Assembly (NCBI RefSeq): GCF_004010195.1
Contig: NW_025214543.1
Span: forward strand, 1 to 32,296
Length of the DNA stretch: 32,296 bases
Direction: 5' to 3'
Source of the DNA: Chiloscyllium plagiosum
Lineage: Eukaryota
The position numbers were made by a program, and so were the translations under genes. This document shows, in pieces, positions 31,215 through 32,296 of this stretch (positions are counted from its first letter, which is position 1; each line of letters begins with the position of its first letter). The notes below the pieces were generated by a model, which saw only the letters and a program-made list of their open reading frames with translations, made no database searches and was not told where the DNA came from.

Positions 31215-32296
31215 CTTACTTCTTTTTCTGAACTAAAACCTCAAATTTTCTAATCATCTAGCATTCCCTACACCTTACCAGCCTTTCCTTTCACCCTAAC
31301 AGGAATACGGTATACTGTCTCTGGACTGCCGTTATCTCATTTTGGAAGGGTTCCCAATGGTAAAGGTTTCATTCTCCCAAAATGGAAACTCCCCAATTAC
31401 TGCATCTCACCGAATTGCCACTTAAAAATAATGAAAAAAATAAAGACCATTTCAAACAAAGGCTTTGATGTGGTGAGCTCTGGTCAGTCACGTAGATAAA
31501 CACGGAGAGTGCTTTCTACCTGAGCAGCACCAGGTCAGTGTCAGGCACACAGACAGAATGGGCAAATAGATTCACATCTGAGCTCACATCTCCCAGCCTG
31601 GGAATCTGAAACTGTGCACAGCCATTATGATAAATATCTGCATAAATAGGACAGCGAGATCAGCCCAATAGTCCGATCAAAAAGAGTCAGTCATTCAAAT
31701 TGTAATATCCTTCAGGTTCTACAACCCATTCTCGGTCCCATCCTGCAGGTTCTATGAATCCCGCTCCCTCTAGCCTCCTGCAGGATCCACGTCCCTTCAT
31801 ACATTTGTGCCATCCTCCAGGTTCTGCAGCCCTTCCGACTTCTGTAACATGACCCGGACTCTACAACCCTTCCTTCCTCTGCAATGTTCCCCAGAGGGGA
31901 CTGGAGGGTGATGGGGGTTACAGAGACAGTGAATGATATCAGGATGGAACAGTGTTGCAGATATTAGGAATACTGCTGTGGGAGAAAAAAAAGGCTTCAG
32001 GACTTTTGAGGGTTGATGCTAATAAAGGAAGTTACAGAGCGAAGGAGGATTGTCGGGACATGAAAGAGGTTTCACTGATTGCGAGAGTTGTAGGGATCAG
32101 AGGAAGTTACCAAGATAGGGAGGGTTTAAGATTGCAGGATTCCACAGACAACTTTTACAGGGTGAAAGGCAGGATTCTTGACAGTGTAGAGGAACAGAAG
32201 AATCTTGAAGTCCATGTCCATAGATCCCTCAATGTTATCACTCAAGTTGATTGCCTTGTTCAGAAGGTGTTTGGTGTGTTGGCTTTCATTAGCAGG
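31215..32296 (+). repeat. Diverged local duplicate of ~24515-25245
   Basis: Same order of CR1 piece, unique block (aaaggctttgatg.ggtgagctctggtcagt...tcaggcacacagacagaatggg), minisatellite and CR1 junction (atagggagggtttaagattg). Confidence 0.88.
31695..32126. repeat. ~36-bp L2-derived minisatellite with an orientation switch near 31893
   Basis: C-rich units (ccaggttct.ca.ccc) up to ~31893, then G-rich units (ggactggagg..ggttacagagac). Confidence 0.6.

Overview
Repeat-dense non-coding DNA from a cartilaginous fish. This is inferred from the HE1-type V-SINEs, HER1/CR1 LINEs and Penelope-like families; a shark is likely, but the species cannot be determined. There is a 926-N assembly gap at 18687-19612. 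I find no intact protein-coding gene, and most listed ORFs are pieces of decayed retroelements or tandem repeats. Most of the window is layered CR1 LINE fragments, tRNA-derived SINEs and short Penelope-like (PLE) insertions that carry minimal hammerhead-ribozyme motifs. It also holds a decayed C2H2 zinc-finger pseudo-exon (minus strand, ~2.2-2.5 kb), three kinds of tandem array and an old local duplication (24.5-25.2 kb vs 31.2-32.3 kb). The most unusual feature is a young 687-bp insertion at 30098-30784 that splits a SINE. It has TGT...ACA ends, a 5-bp target duplication and 200-bp inverted arms (198/200 identical) around a CpG-rich core with TATA and AATAAA signals, so it looks at once like a solo LTR and like a foldback/Ginger-type DNA element. 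Boundaries of old repeats are approximate, and family names come from motif recognition, not database searches.
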